Shown: positions 1 through 8,168 of the stretch, in pieces
Numbering within the stretch: position 1 is the stretch's first letter
Layout: each line of letters begins with the position of its first letter
From: a virus
Taxonomy: Duplodnaviria > Caudoviricetes
IMG/VR virus record: IMGVR_UViG_3300028829_002872
Coordinates: 1 to 28,909 of that record
DNA: 28,909 bases
Reading direction: 5' to 3' (one strand)
Made by a program: the position numbers and the translations under genes
The notes under the pieces: model-generated
The model's input: only the letters and a program-made list of their open reading frames with translations
What the model was told of the DNA's origin: nothing
The model's database searches: none

Positions 1-2
1 CC

Positions 3-224
3 CCTGGCAATGCCGTGAGAGACGCATGTAAGCGACTGTCCGAGTTGGATATCAAGAAACTTAGACTTGGTAAGGTAGTTGATGTTTGGTTGGAGTCAGA
101 GAGTAGAGAGTATGCTGAGAAGGAACTCGAAATGCTATCTGATAGATTCCTTGCTAATACAGTCATGGAAGACTGGGACTACGAACTGACTGAAATTGAA
201 ACTTTTCCACAGGGTATTGAATAA
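3..224 (+). CDS. purS: Phosphoribosylformylglycinamidine synthase subunit PurS (5'-truncated by window edge)
   Basis: Frame is open from the window edge (PGNAVRDACKRL...LRLGKVVDVWL...RFLANTVMEDWDYEL), matching the PurS pattern DP.G.A...RxGK...LLANxVIExY. The GTG at 15 is internal. Lies near purC and purM. Confidence 0.9.
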   Translation, partial: PGNAVRDACKRLSELDIKKLRLGKVVDVWLESESREYAEKELEMLSDRFLANTVMEDWDYELTEIETFPQGIE

Positions 225-427
225 TGGATGATTTTAATACACCAGGATCTAATAAAAACGACAGTTGGCAAGATAAAGGTTTTATTAAGTTTAATTCCGA
301 ATGGCAACTAAAGAACGTTGTTAAACTATTGAATGCTAAAATAGAACGCTGTCGTGTTTACAATAGCGACAATAGAGATGAAGTATATAATCAAATTACT
401 ATTACATACAAAGCGGAGGATGATTGA
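224..427 (+). CDS. Hypothetical protein
   Basis: 67 aa ORF with start/stop overlaps to purS (TAATG) and purC. No recognisable motif. Confidence 0.7.
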   Translation: MDDFNTPGSNKNDSWQDKGFIKFNSEWQLKNVVKLLNAKIERCRVYNSDNRDEVYNQITITYKAEDD

Positions 428-1125
428 TGGAAGTAATTATTGAAGGTAAAGTCAAAACTGTATACGCTGGTGATGATGCACAGCAAGTCATCATTGAGTA
501 TCATGATAAGGTAACTGCTGGCAATGGTGAGATGGTTGACCATCCTTTAGGAAAAGGATCTCTCTGTTGTAGTATTTCATCTATCATTTTTGAGAAACTT
601 TCCAAAGAACATATCCCAACACATTATATTAATATGGTTGGTGCTAACAAGATGATTTGTAAGAAGGTAGATATTGTTCCACTGGAAGTTATCTGTCGTA
701 ATCGTGCTGCTGGATCTATTGTTCGTGAGACAACTTTGGTAGAAGGTGCTCCACTACCACAACCTATTGTTGAGTTCTTTTTGAAGGATGATAGCAAGCA
801 CGATCCTCTACTTACACCAGATCGTGTGCGTTTGATGGGATATAATCCAGAACCTTTTGTTGAGATGACACTACGGATCAATGATTACCTTCGCCAGATG
901 TTCTACATCATGGGTATTGATTTGGTTGACTTTAAGATTGAGTATGGTTATGATGCTCATGGTGATTTGTATCTTGCTGATGAGATCAGTCCTGATAGTA
1001 TGAGACTCTGGAAGATTGGTAGTGATGAAAGATTTGATAAGGATCTATTCAGGAAAGATGAAGGTGATATCGTTCCTGCCTATCGTGAGATTCTTGACCG
1101 ACTACAACCACTTGCAATCCAATGA
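424..1125 (+). CDS. purC: SAICAR synthetase
   Basis: Motifs EGKVKTVY, PLEVICRNRAAGS, VEFFLKDD..HDP, LVDFKIEYG, LADEISPDSMRLW, DKDLFR. ATG at 427 is the likely start. Confidence 0.97.
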   Translation: MMEVIIEGKVKTVYAGDDAQQVIIEYHDKVTAGNGEMVDHPLGKGSLCCSISSIIFEKLSKEHIPTHYINMVGANKMICKKVDIVPLEVICRNRAAGSIVRETTLVEGAPLPQPIVEFFLKDDSKHDPLLTPDRVRLMGYNPEPFVEMTLRINDYLRQMFYIMGIDLVDFKIEYGYDAHGDLYLADEISPDSMRLWKIGSDERFDKDLFRKDEGDIVPAYREILDRLQPLAIQ

Positions 1126-1129
1126 CCAT
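1112..1129 (+). repeat. 18-bp direct repeat, copy 1 (TTGCAATCCAATGACCAT)
   Basis: Identical to 1363-1380. Spans the purC stop and the next start (ATGA overlap). Confidence 0.9.
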
Positions 1130-1376
1130 GCAAAACTTTAAACAAGCATCAGAAAACTATAAAAATGCCTGTGCAATGATGGAGTTAAAGGAAAAATTGA
1201 AAGGAGAAGTGCCCCCTCGTGGTAGTGCCTTTTACAGATATTTTTCTGATCCTAATAAAAATCCACCATCATATTATAGTCTTATAGAAGATATTAATAA
1301 TATGTCACTTGCAAAGTGTAAAGAATATCCTATGTTTGATTATTACTATTCAGCAGCTGCGTTTGCAATCCAATGA
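1122..1376 (+). CDS. Hypothetical protein bracketed by 18-bp direct repeats
   Basis: 84 aa ORF with ATGA overlaps at both ends. Ends in AIQ* exactly as purC does. Confidence 0.7.
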   Translation: MTMQNFKQASENYKNACAMMELKEKLKGEVPPRGSAFYRYFSDPNKNPPSYYSLIEDINNMSLAKCKEYPMFDYYYSAAAFAIQ

Positions 1377-1380
1377 CCAT
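1363..1380 (+). repeat. 18-bp direct repeat, copy 2
   Basis: TTGCAATCCAATGACCAT, identical to 1112-1129. Confidence 0.9.
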
Positions 1381-1609
1381 CAAAGAAAAGAAAGCACTGA
1401 TTAAAACACTTGAGAATGCCTACAACACTTGTTTTGATTGTGGACATAAGTATGGAGTTTATTCTGTAGGATGTTCATCTGTGTATGAATCAAAGTGTGG
1501 TGTATGTGGTGAGACAAAACCCATCACAGAAACCAGGGACTTTGGGTATTTCATCACTGGCATTCGTAAACTTAAACTTGAGATTCAAAATGAAACACCA
1601 CATACCTGA
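1373..1609 (+). CDS. Small putative zinc-ribbon protein
   Basis: Two CxxC pairs (CFDC, CGVC) in 78 aa. ATGA-coupled to the upstream ORF. Confidence 0.7.
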   Translation: MTIKEKKALIKTLENAYNTCFDCGHKYGVYSVGCSSVYESKCGVCGETKPITETRDFGYFITGIRKLKLEIQNETPHT

Positions 1610-1859
1610 CATCATTAAGAAGAATGCTTTTGATTGCTTCAAGAGTTTGAATGCTGCTGAGAGAGCAGTTGTTATGTTTGGTGAGGAAGAGTATCGTAAA
1701 TCATTAGACCTTGAGAATGATGATGCTCCCTGTTGGAAGATTCCAAGTAAGGAATCAACAACATTTGTAGGTTGGAATCCTATGTGTATCCCTACGATGG
1801 ATTACATAGTATGGAAACTAAAACGTCGTGAACAAATTGCTAAAGGAGAAATTTACTAA
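1590..1859 (+). CDS. Hypothetical cyanophage protein (start revised to MKHHIPDII at 1590)
   Basis: In-frame ATG at 1590 has a GAG upstream and avoids the long overlap implied by the 1485 start. Stop overlaps the purM start (TAATG). Confidence 0.7.
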   Translation: MKHHIPDIIKKNAFDCFKSLNAAERAVVMFGEEEYRKSLDLENDDAPCWKIPSKESTTFVGWNPMCIPTMDYIVWKLKRREQIAKGEIY

Positions 1860-2794
1860 TGGACTACAAAACTTCTGGTGTTGACATTATCAAAGGACGT
1901 TCCTTTGTGGAGTATCTAAAAGCATTTAATGCAAATATTGGTGGGTTCAATGCAATGATGGAGATCCCATCAGGATATGAACAACCTGTTCTAGTATCTG
2001 GTGCTGATGGTGTCGGAACTAAAATGAATATCTGTAGAATTGCCCGTGATTATACAACTATTGGTCAAGATCTCGTTGCTATGTGCGTCAATGACGTTAT
2101 ATGTTCTGGTGCTAAACCATTATATTTTCTAGATTATATCTCCACTAAATCACTTGATGCTAACGTTAGTGACATTGTGTATGGAATTAACATTGGTTGT
2201 GTGATGGCAGGTATGGAACTCCTAGGTGGTGAAACTGCCGAACATTTCAGAGCAACTGAATATGACCTTGCTGGTTTCTGTACTGGTATTGTAGAGAAGA
2301 ACCAGATTGTTGACGGTAGCACTATGTTTCCTGGTGATGTAGTCATTGGTATTGAGAGCAGTGGACTTCATAGTAATGGATACACACTCGTCAATGATAT
2401 GCTTAACAGACATTACATTTACTATAAGGAGATGCCTGAGTTGTTGATACCAACCACCATCTATGCCCGTCTAATTCAGCACCTGTTGGACGAGGTTCCT
2501 ATCCTAGGCATGGCACACATCACAGGTGGAGGACTGCCTGAGAACCTTCCACGATGCCTTCCAAAGGGTTTTACAGTTGATATTGATTGGTCTTCCTGGG
2601 AACGACCAGAACTCTTTAACAAGATCCAGGAGGCAGGAGAGATTGCCGAGGAAGAGATGAGAAATGTATTTAACTGTGGTATTGGATTTTGTTTGGTGGT
2701 GCCATCAGACGCAGTAGAGATGACACAAACTCTCATTGCTGATACTCCATTTGGTATGAGATCATGGGTCATCGGCGAAGTTGCACATACATAA
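1859..2794 (+). CDS. purM: Phosphoribosylaminoimidazole (AIR) synthetase
   Basis: MDYKTSGVDI, DGVGTK, GQDLVAMCVND, LLGGETAE, YDLAGFCTG, SSGLHSNGY, AHITGGGLPENLPR, FNCGIGF. Confidence 0.97.
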   Translation: MDYKTSGVDIIKGRSFVEYLKAFNANIGGFNAMMEIPSGYEQPVLVSGADGVGTKMNICRIARDYTTIGQDLVAMCVNDVICSGAKPLYFLDYISTKSLDANVSDIVYGINIGCVMAGMELLGGETAEHFRATEYDLAGFCTGIVEKNQIVDGSTMFPGDVVIGIESSGLHSNGYTLVNDMLNRHYIYYKEMPELLIPTTIYARLIQHLLDEVPILGMAHITGGGLPENLPRCLPKGFTVDIDWSSWERPELFNKIQEAGEIAEEEMRNVFNCGIGFCLVVPSDAVEMTQTLIADTPFGMRSWVIGEVAHT

Positions 2795-2829
2795 TTTGTG
2801 TGATACACTTATAAAAATACTTTAAAATT

Positions 2830-3030
2830 ATGACTGAAGAAAATCTAATTGTCGATGTAGAAGCTGAAGAGGTGGTTGATGAACCTTCTGAACCAGTAGA
2901 ACCTAAAATGTCCTATCATGAAAGGATTAATTTAGAACGTCAAAGAGCAACCACACTAAATAAAATGCTTAAAGATTATCGTCGAAAGATGAAAAATCCT
3001 TTAACCGCTGTGAAAAAGATGTCCAGCTAG
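2830..3030 (+). CDS. Hypothetical protein
   Basis: 66 aa with acidic N-terminus and basic C-terminus. Fills the gap between purM and glutaredoxin. Confidence 0.7.
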   Translation: MTEENLIVDVEAEEVVDEPSEPVEPKMSYHERINLERQRATTLNKMLKDYRRKMKNPLTAVKKMSS

Positions 3031-3039
3031 GAGTAATAA

Positions 3040-3276
3040 ATGCAAGCAGTAGTTTATACAAAACAAAATTGTCAATGGTGTGATAGGGTTAAGTATCTAT
3101 TGAATCATTTAAAAATTGAATATTTAGAATATGAATATGAAAAAGACTTTACTAAGTCTCAATTTTATAATGAGTTTGGTGAAGGAGCTACTTTTCCACA
3201 AGTATCAATTGGAACAATTCACATAGGTGGTTGTAAAGAAACACTTCATTATTTGCAGGAACAAGAATTGCTATGA
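3040..3276 (+). CDS. nrdC: Glutaredoxin (T4 NrdC-like)
   Basis: CQWC active site, TFPQV cis-proline motif and IGG. Shine-Dalgarno AGGAG upstream. Confidence 0.92.
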   Translation: MQAVVYTKQNCQWCDRVKYLLNHLKIEYLEYEYEKDFTKSQFYNEFGEGATFPQVSIGTIHIGGCKETLHYLQEQELL

Positions 3277-3980
3277 CTGGCACTGATACTATCTGTCAAT
3301 TTGTCGATACTATTGTCGATGAGTACATAACCACAAAGAAAAAAATTCGAGTTGATTTTTTCAAGTACCTTCAGTCTGAAGATATTGATAGGAAATCTAT
3401 TAATGAATATACTTCAGATAGAATTCATTTTATTACAGATGTAATTGATGAGGTGGAAGGTGCTTTGAATGGAGATAAAATTTTATCAGAAGCTTATGGT
3501 TGTTATAAAACATCTGAGCTTAAAGAACTTAAATCTTTACTTGACAGATTTGTAAGTGATGTAGAAAAATATAAAAATTCTAAGAAGATAACAAGGCGCA
3601 AGAAAGTAAAAAGTCCTGAACAGCTGACCAGGGCCTTGAATTTAATTGACAAGCCTGTTATAATAGAAGGTGAAAAATACAACCCGATCCCTAAGGTTGA
3701 AATCATTGATGCTAAATCAGTATTTTTGATTAACGTTAAGACAAATGAATTGCTTTTTCTATCTGGGAAAAAACTTTCCTGTTCTGGTGCAAAAATTGTA
3801 AATTATGATGAAAGTATTTCTGGTATGAAAAAGATAAAAAAGATTGATGAAACTATCAAATCTATATTATCTTCTACCAACATTACATGTTCAACACTCT
3901 TTAATAATTTTCCCAATAAAGTTAAACCAGTTCCTAAAACTGTGTCTCCAAATTATTTTTTAATTCGATTAATTAAATGA
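3273..3980 (+). CDS. Hypothetical protein, T4-like cyanophage
   Basis: 235 aa ORF, ATGA-coupled to glutaredoxin, at a position typical of the cyanophage grx-rnh block. Confidence 0.8.
   Translation: MTGTDTICQFVDTIVDEYITTKKKIRVDFFKYLQSEDIDRKSINEYTSDRIHFITDVIDEVEGALNGDKILSEAYGCYKTSELKELKSLLDRFVSDVEKYKNSKKITRRKKVKSPEQLTRALNLIDKPVIIEGEKYNPIPKVEIIDAKSVFLINVKTNELLFLSGKKLSCSGAKIVNYDESISGMKKIKKIDETIKSILSSTNITCSTLFNNFPNKVKPVPKTVSPNYFLIRLIK
3636..3664 (+). promoter_or_regulatory. Putative internal sigma70-type promoter
   Basis: TTGAAT-17 nt-TATAAT with an extended -10 (TGTTATAAT), inside the CDS. Confidence 0.4.
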
Positions 3981-4162
3981 CTAACATTCCTGATAAGTAT
4001 CTAAATACTAATGTAAGGGCTATGTTAAATGGAGGTAGTAAAGAGGAACCAGAACCAGAACCAGAATACGTTTTCCTGTTAGATAAACTTATTTCTTGTT
4101 TCAAGAATGAGTATCGTCTGGAAGTTAAACTTTCTCATAAAAAAGAAAAGGAAGTATCATGA
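3977..4162 (+). CDS. Hypothetical protein with EPEPEPE repeat
   Basis: 61 aa with ATGA overlaps on both sides. (GAACCA)x3 at 4046-4063. Confidence 0.7.
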   Translation: MTNIPDKYLNTNVRAMLNGGSKEEPEPEPEYVFLLDKLISCFKNEYRLEVKLSHKKEKEVS

Positions 4163-4389
4163 CAGAAGTAACAATGGTAGTACTAAGTGTTTTGTTTTGT
4201 TTCGTTGGTGGTGGTCTTGGATTTATTTTCGGGTGGTTTTCTAATGAATATTACACATCGTTTATGGAAGCAACAGTTTCTGCAAACATGAATATTCATC
4301 CAGAAATGCTTGATAACCAAGGACACATAATTCAAGAAGAACTTTTAAGCGTTAGATTTTTAGAGGAGGAGGAACTCGACCAGGATTAA
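4159..4389 (+). CDS. Hypothetical single-pass membrane protein
   Basis: Hydrophobic N-terminal segment VVLSVLFCFVGGGLGFIFGWF, a HPEMLD..G motif and an acidic tail. Directly upstream of rnh. Confidence 0.8.
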   Translation: MTEVTMVVLSVLFCFVGGGLGFIFGWFSNEYYTSFMEATVSANMNIHPEMLDNQGHIIQEELLSVRFLEEEELDQD

Positions 4390-4391
4390 TC

Positions 4392-5246
4392 ATGATTTTA
4401 GTTGACATGAACCAATGTATGATCAGTAATCTGATGATGCAATTGAAAACTAGTAATGGACTTGATGAAAATCTAGTTCGACATATGGTCTTAAATTCTT
4501 TAAGACATTATAGAAAAACTTTTGGCACTGATTATGGCGAACTAGTACTTTGTTATGATTCAAAATTTTATTGGAGGAAAAAAGAGTTTCCTTTTTATAA
4601 ACAGAATCGTAAAAAGGATAGAGAAAAATCTTCTCATGATTGGAATGCAATTTTTGAATGCTTGAATAAAATTAGAGATGAAATCAGAACTCACTTTCCC
4701 TATGTGGTAATGGATGTTTATGGTGCTGAAGCAGATGATATTATCAGTGTCCTTGTCAAACATAACTCTGATCAGGATACACCAGATAAAGTTCTGATTC
4801 TCTCTGGTGATAAAGATTTTCTCCAACTTAGTAAGTACTCTTTTGTATCTCAATACAATCCTATCCAAAAGAAATATGTTACTTTAGATAATCCTAAAGA
4901 ATATCTAATGGAACATATTATCAAGGGAGATCGTAGTGATGGTATTCCAAACTTCTTATCTGATGATGATACATTTGTATCTGGTAAGAGACAAAAACCT
5001 ATAAACAAAAAAAATTTGGTAAAGTGGATTACTGCTGATCCAAAGAGTTTTTGCACAGACGTTCAACTAAAAAATTATGAACGCAATAAAAAACTAATTG
5101 ACTTAAGTTGTATTCCAGAAGACATTCAAGTAGAAATTGTCCAAGAATTTAAACGGTTAAATAGTACTGTAAAACGAGGAGTTACACTAGAGTACTTCTT
5201 AAAAAACAAACTGACTACACTATTAAATGATATAGAGGATTTTTAA
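4392..5246 (+). CDS. rnh: T4-like RNase H (5'-3' exonuclease, FEN family)
   Basis: MILVDMNQ, YWRK..FPFYKQNRKK, EADDII, ILSGDKDFLQL, GDRSDGIPN. Confidence 0.95.
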   Translation: MILVDMNQCMISNLMMQLKTSNGLDENLVRHMVLNSLRHYRKTFGTDYGELVLCYDSKFYWRKKEFPFYKQNRKKDREKSSHDWNAIFECLNKIRDEIRTHFPYVVMDVYGAEADDIISVLVKHNSDQDTPDKVLILSGDKDFLQLSKYSFVSQYNPIQKKYVTLDNPKEYLMEHIIKGDRSDGIPNFLSDDDTFVSGKRQKPINKKNLVKWITADPKSFCTDVQLKNYERNKKLIDLSCIPEDIQVEIVQEFKRLNSTVKRGVTLEYFLKNKLTTLLNDIEDF

Positions 5247-5248
5247 CT

Positions 5249-5701
5249 ATGGCTGAACTACCTGTAGAAAAATTATTGATCTCTGAAGTTCTTCAAAAGA
5301 TTTCAAACGCTAAAACTAAAAAAGAAAAAGTTGCTCTACTTAAGAAGTATAAGAGTCCTGCTCTACAATCTATTCTTATTTGGGCATATGATGAGAGTGT
5401 GAAGAGTATGCTCCCAGTTGGTGATGTTCCATACACTCCCAACGATAGTCCAGAGGGCACAGAACATACACTGCTTTATCATGAGTATAAAAAGTTATAC
5501 CACTTCGTTAAGGGTGGTAATGATAAACTTGCCAAGGGTCGTAGAGAAATGATGTTTATCCAATTGTTGGAAGGACTTCATGAAACTGAATCTAAAGTTG
5601 TATGTCTTACTAAAGATAAGCAACTTAGTAAAAGATATAAAATTACTAAAGCATGTATTTCTGAAGCGTATCCAGAAATTCAGTGGGGAAATAGATCGTA
5701 A
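5249..5701 (+). CDS. Conserved hypothetical T4-like phage protein
   Basis: 150 aa with LP.GDVPY and RREMMFIQLLEGLH, as seen in the ORF that follows rnh in marine T4-likes. Confidence 0.85.
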   Translation: MAELPVEKLLISEVLQKISNAKTKKEKVALLKKYKSPALQSILIWAYDESVKSMLPVGDVPYTPNDSPEGTEHTLLYHEYKKLYHFVKGGNDKLAKGRREMMFIQLLEGLHETESKVVCLTKDKQLSKRYKITKACISEAYPEIQWGNRS

Positions 5702-5706
5702 AATAT

Positions 5707-6009
5707 ATGGTACTAACAAGCACTGACGTAAGTAATTTTAAATCAGTTTATTCGGTTATAGTTATTCATATAAATTGCGATGCAGCTGCAGCAGAAGATA
5801 AGAGTCTTCCAAGAAACTCATACTTAATAAAGTGTGACAACGGTACCGAAGTGTGGTATGATATTGTCATGGGGTTCACTGTTGACATTTTTAATGCTTA
5901 CTATGATAAGTACGGTAATGTCATGAAAGGAATGACATGGACTGCTGGATCAGTAATTCCTAAACTATGGGGTTACACTGCAAAGGATGACACTAAACAG
6001 AAAAAATGA
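5707..6009 (+). CDS. Hypothetical protein
   Basis: 100 aa ORF in operon context, with DKSLP.NSYL and PKLWGY segments. Confidence 0.75.
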   Translation: MVLTSTDVSNFKSVYSVIVIHINCDAAAAEDKSLPRNSYLIKCDNGTEVWYDIVMGFTVDIFNAYYDKYGNVMKGMTWTAGSVIPKLWGYTAKDDTKQKK

Positions 6010-6650
6010 TTATGATTACAAAATTAATTTCGGTAACACCGGATGCTGAACAGACTATGGCATATATTGCTAGAGTCTCTAATCCATCCAATCAAAATAA
6101 TGAAAAATATGCAGGACTACTTGCATATTGCATCAAGCATAATCACTGGTCTGTTTTTGAACAGTCATCAATGACTCTTGAGATCGAAACTACTAGAGCA
6201 ATCGCTGCTCAAATTTTGAGACATCGTAGCTTTACATTTCAAGAGTTTTCTCAACGGTATGCTGATAGTTCTATGTTAGCGAATAAAATTCCTCTTCCAG
6301 AGTTACGCCGACAAGACACAAAAAATCGTCAAAATTCTATTGATGATTTGGATGATTTTGTTATCCAAAATCTAGAGATACAGATGCAAACTCTCTTTGA
6401 TTCTTCTATGGCATTATATCAACAAATGCTTGAACGTGGAGTTGCAAAAGAATGTGCTAGAAATGTGCTACCACTTTGTGTAGGAACAAGAATTTATATG
6501 ACAGGCTCTTGCCGTTCTTGGATTCATTATATTAATCTAAGGACTGCTAATGGTACTCAGAAAGAACATATGCAAGTCGCTGAATCTTGTAAACAAATTT
6601 TCATTGAACAATTCCCAATTGTATCTCAAGCTCTTGAATGGTCTAATTAA
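6006..6650 (+). CDS. thyX: Flavin-dependent thymidylate synthase
   Basis: ThyX signature RHRSFTFQEFSQRY (RHRx7S), HWSVFE, GVAKECAR.VLP, TQKEH. Confidence 0.97.
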   Translation: MIMITKLISVTPDAEQTMAYIARVSNPSNQNNEKYAGLLAYCIKHNHWSVFEQSSMTLEIETTRAIAAQILRHRSFTFQEFSQRYADSSMLANKIPLPELRRQDTKNRQNSIDDLDDFVIQNLEIQMQTLFDSSMALYQQMLERGVAKECARNVLPLCVGTRIYMTGSCRSWIHYINLRTANGTQKEHMQVAESCKQIFIEQFPIVSQALEWSN

Positions 6651-6652
6651 TT

Positions 6653-7171
6653 ATGAATATTTTTGTGACTGATGAATCTCCCCAGAAATCTGCTGCTGTC
6701 CTACCGGACAAGCACATCGTTAAGATGCCCTTAGAGTGCTGTCAGATGCTCTCTATCGTCGCCTCTGACAAATGGGGACACGGGTACGGAACCCTTCCTA
6801 AGTCAGATGGAACCCCCTACAAGACCGATAAGGGGGCATTCAGGAACCATCCATGTACGGTATGGGCAAATGAGACTGTATCAAATGCTAGATGGTTGAT
6901 TCGTCATGGTCTTTCACTATGCGAAGAGTACTCTAATAGATATGGAAAGATTCATTCATGTCTTCATACTCTTGCACATGCAGATAAAATCTTTCCACTA
7001 GACGCTCTCCATTTTTCAGAACTTACTCCTTTTGTTCGTGCAATGCCTGATGAATTTAAACTTGACACAAGCATTGATACTATTACTGCTTACAAGATGT
7101 ACATCAGCAGCAAACCTTGGGTTGCATCTAATTATCTTCGTCTGCCAAAACGTAAACCTAACTGGGTCTAA
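6653..7171 (+). CDS. Pyrimidine-dimer DNA glycosylase / DenV-like protein
   Basis: MNIFVTD..P..SA..LPDKHIVKMPLE..QML, NHPCTVW and EYSNRYGKIH, typical of the Pyr_excise-related family. Confidence 0.7.
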   Translation: MNIFVTDESPQKSAAVLPDKHIVKMPLECCQMLSIVASDKWGHGYGTLPKSDGTPYKTDKGAFRNHPCTVWANETVSNARWLIRHGLSLCEEYSNRYGKIHSCLHTLAHADKIFPLDALHFSELTPFVRAMPDEFKLDTSIDTITAYKMYISSKPWVASNYLRLPKRKPNWV

Positions 7172-7173
7172 CT

Positions 7174-7413
7174 ATGCCAACTTATCCATTAATAAATAAA
7201 ACCACGGGAGAGAAGAAAGAACTCTCCATGACAATGAAAGAATATGTTTCATGGAAGGATGACAATCCTGATTGGGATAAAGACTGGTCAGTAGGTTGTG
7301 CTTCTTCCGTGAGTGAAGTAGGTGATTGGCGAAATAAAGTTCCCGGTGATCTCCAAAAGAAAATTAACAACATTAAAAAAGGTCACTATGGATCTACAAT
7401 TCAGGGATTTTAA
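7174..7413 (+). CDS. Conserved hypothetical protein (FmdB-like N-terminus, no Cys pairs)
   Basis: MPTYPLINKTTGE N-terminus. Typical position upstream of phoH. Confidence 0.75.
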   Translation: MPTYPLINKTTGEKKELSMTMKEYVSWKDDNPDWDKDWSVGCASSVSEVGDWRNKVPGDLQKKINNIKKGHYGSTIQGF

Positions 7414-7415
7414 GT

Positions 7416-8168
7416 ATGGCAAGATCTAGAAAGAAACTCACACCCGATATTAATGGTATGTCTGCTAAGCAGATGAAAAGAAAAAAACCAATCAACAATG
7501 ATATGTTGGTTAATATCGAACCTTTAACTCCTGCTCAAGAAAAAGTTTTTGAATTTTGGAATAATAATCAAAACCTTTTTATGTATGGTGCAGCTGGTAC
7601 GGGTAAAACATTTGTTGCTTTGTATCTTGCTCTTAAAGAAGTATTAAAAGAAGAAAGTCCATACGAAAAAGTTTACATAGTTCGTTCTTTAGTATCAACT
7701 AGAGAGATTGGATTCCTTCCTGGTGATCATGAAGATAAGTCTTCCCTATACCAAATACCATATAAGAATATGGTGAAGTATATGTTTGAGATGCCGGACG
7801 ACAATTCTTTTGAGATGCTTTATGGTAATTTGAAATCACAGGAAACTATTTCTTTCTGGTCTACCTCATTCATCCGTGGTACTACTTTAGATAAAGCTAT
7901 AGTAATCGTTGATGAATGTCAGAACTTAAATTTTCATGAATTAGATTCTATTATTACTCGCGTTGGTGAAGACACTAAGATTATTTTCTGTGGTGATGTA
8001 CATCAGTCTGATTTAGTTAAGACTAATGAAAGAAATGGTATTCTAAACTTCATGAGCATCCTTCAGTTGATGAAAGAATTTGGTATGATTGAGTTTGGTG
8101 TTGATGATATCGTTCGATCTGGTTTGATTCGTAGTTATCTTGTAAGTAAGATGAGTTTAGGATTTTAA
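7416..8168 (+). CDS. phoH: PhoH-family ATPase
   Basis: GAAGTGKT Walker A, IGFLPG, FIRGTT, IVDECQN, GD..QSDL, DIVRSG. Confidence 0.97.
   Translation: MARSRKKLTPDINGMSAKQMKRKKPINNDMLVNIEPLTPAQEKVFEFWNNNQNLFMYGAAGTGKTFVALYLALKEVLKEESPYEKVYIVRSLVSTREIGFLPGDHEDKSSLYQIPYKNMVKYMFEMPDDNSFEMLYGNLKSQETISFWSTSFIRGTTLDKAIVIVDECQNLNFHELDSIITRVGEDTKIIFCGDVHQSDLVKTNERNGILNFMSILQLMKEFGMIEFGVDDIVRSGLIRSYLVSKMSLGF

Noticed and set aside
4046-4066. (GAACCA)x3 tandem repeat as a phase-variation site
   Set aside because: It is an in-frame hexamer encoding an EP linker, so copy changes would not shift the frame.
6006-6650. Intron or intein in thymidylate synthase, as in T4 td
   Set aside because: The gene is a continuous, normal-length ThyX with no interruption or homing endonuclease.
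7174-7416. Pho box upstream of phoH
   Set aside because: There is no intergenic space and I saw no convincing tandem repeat. phoH appears co-transcribed with its neighbours.
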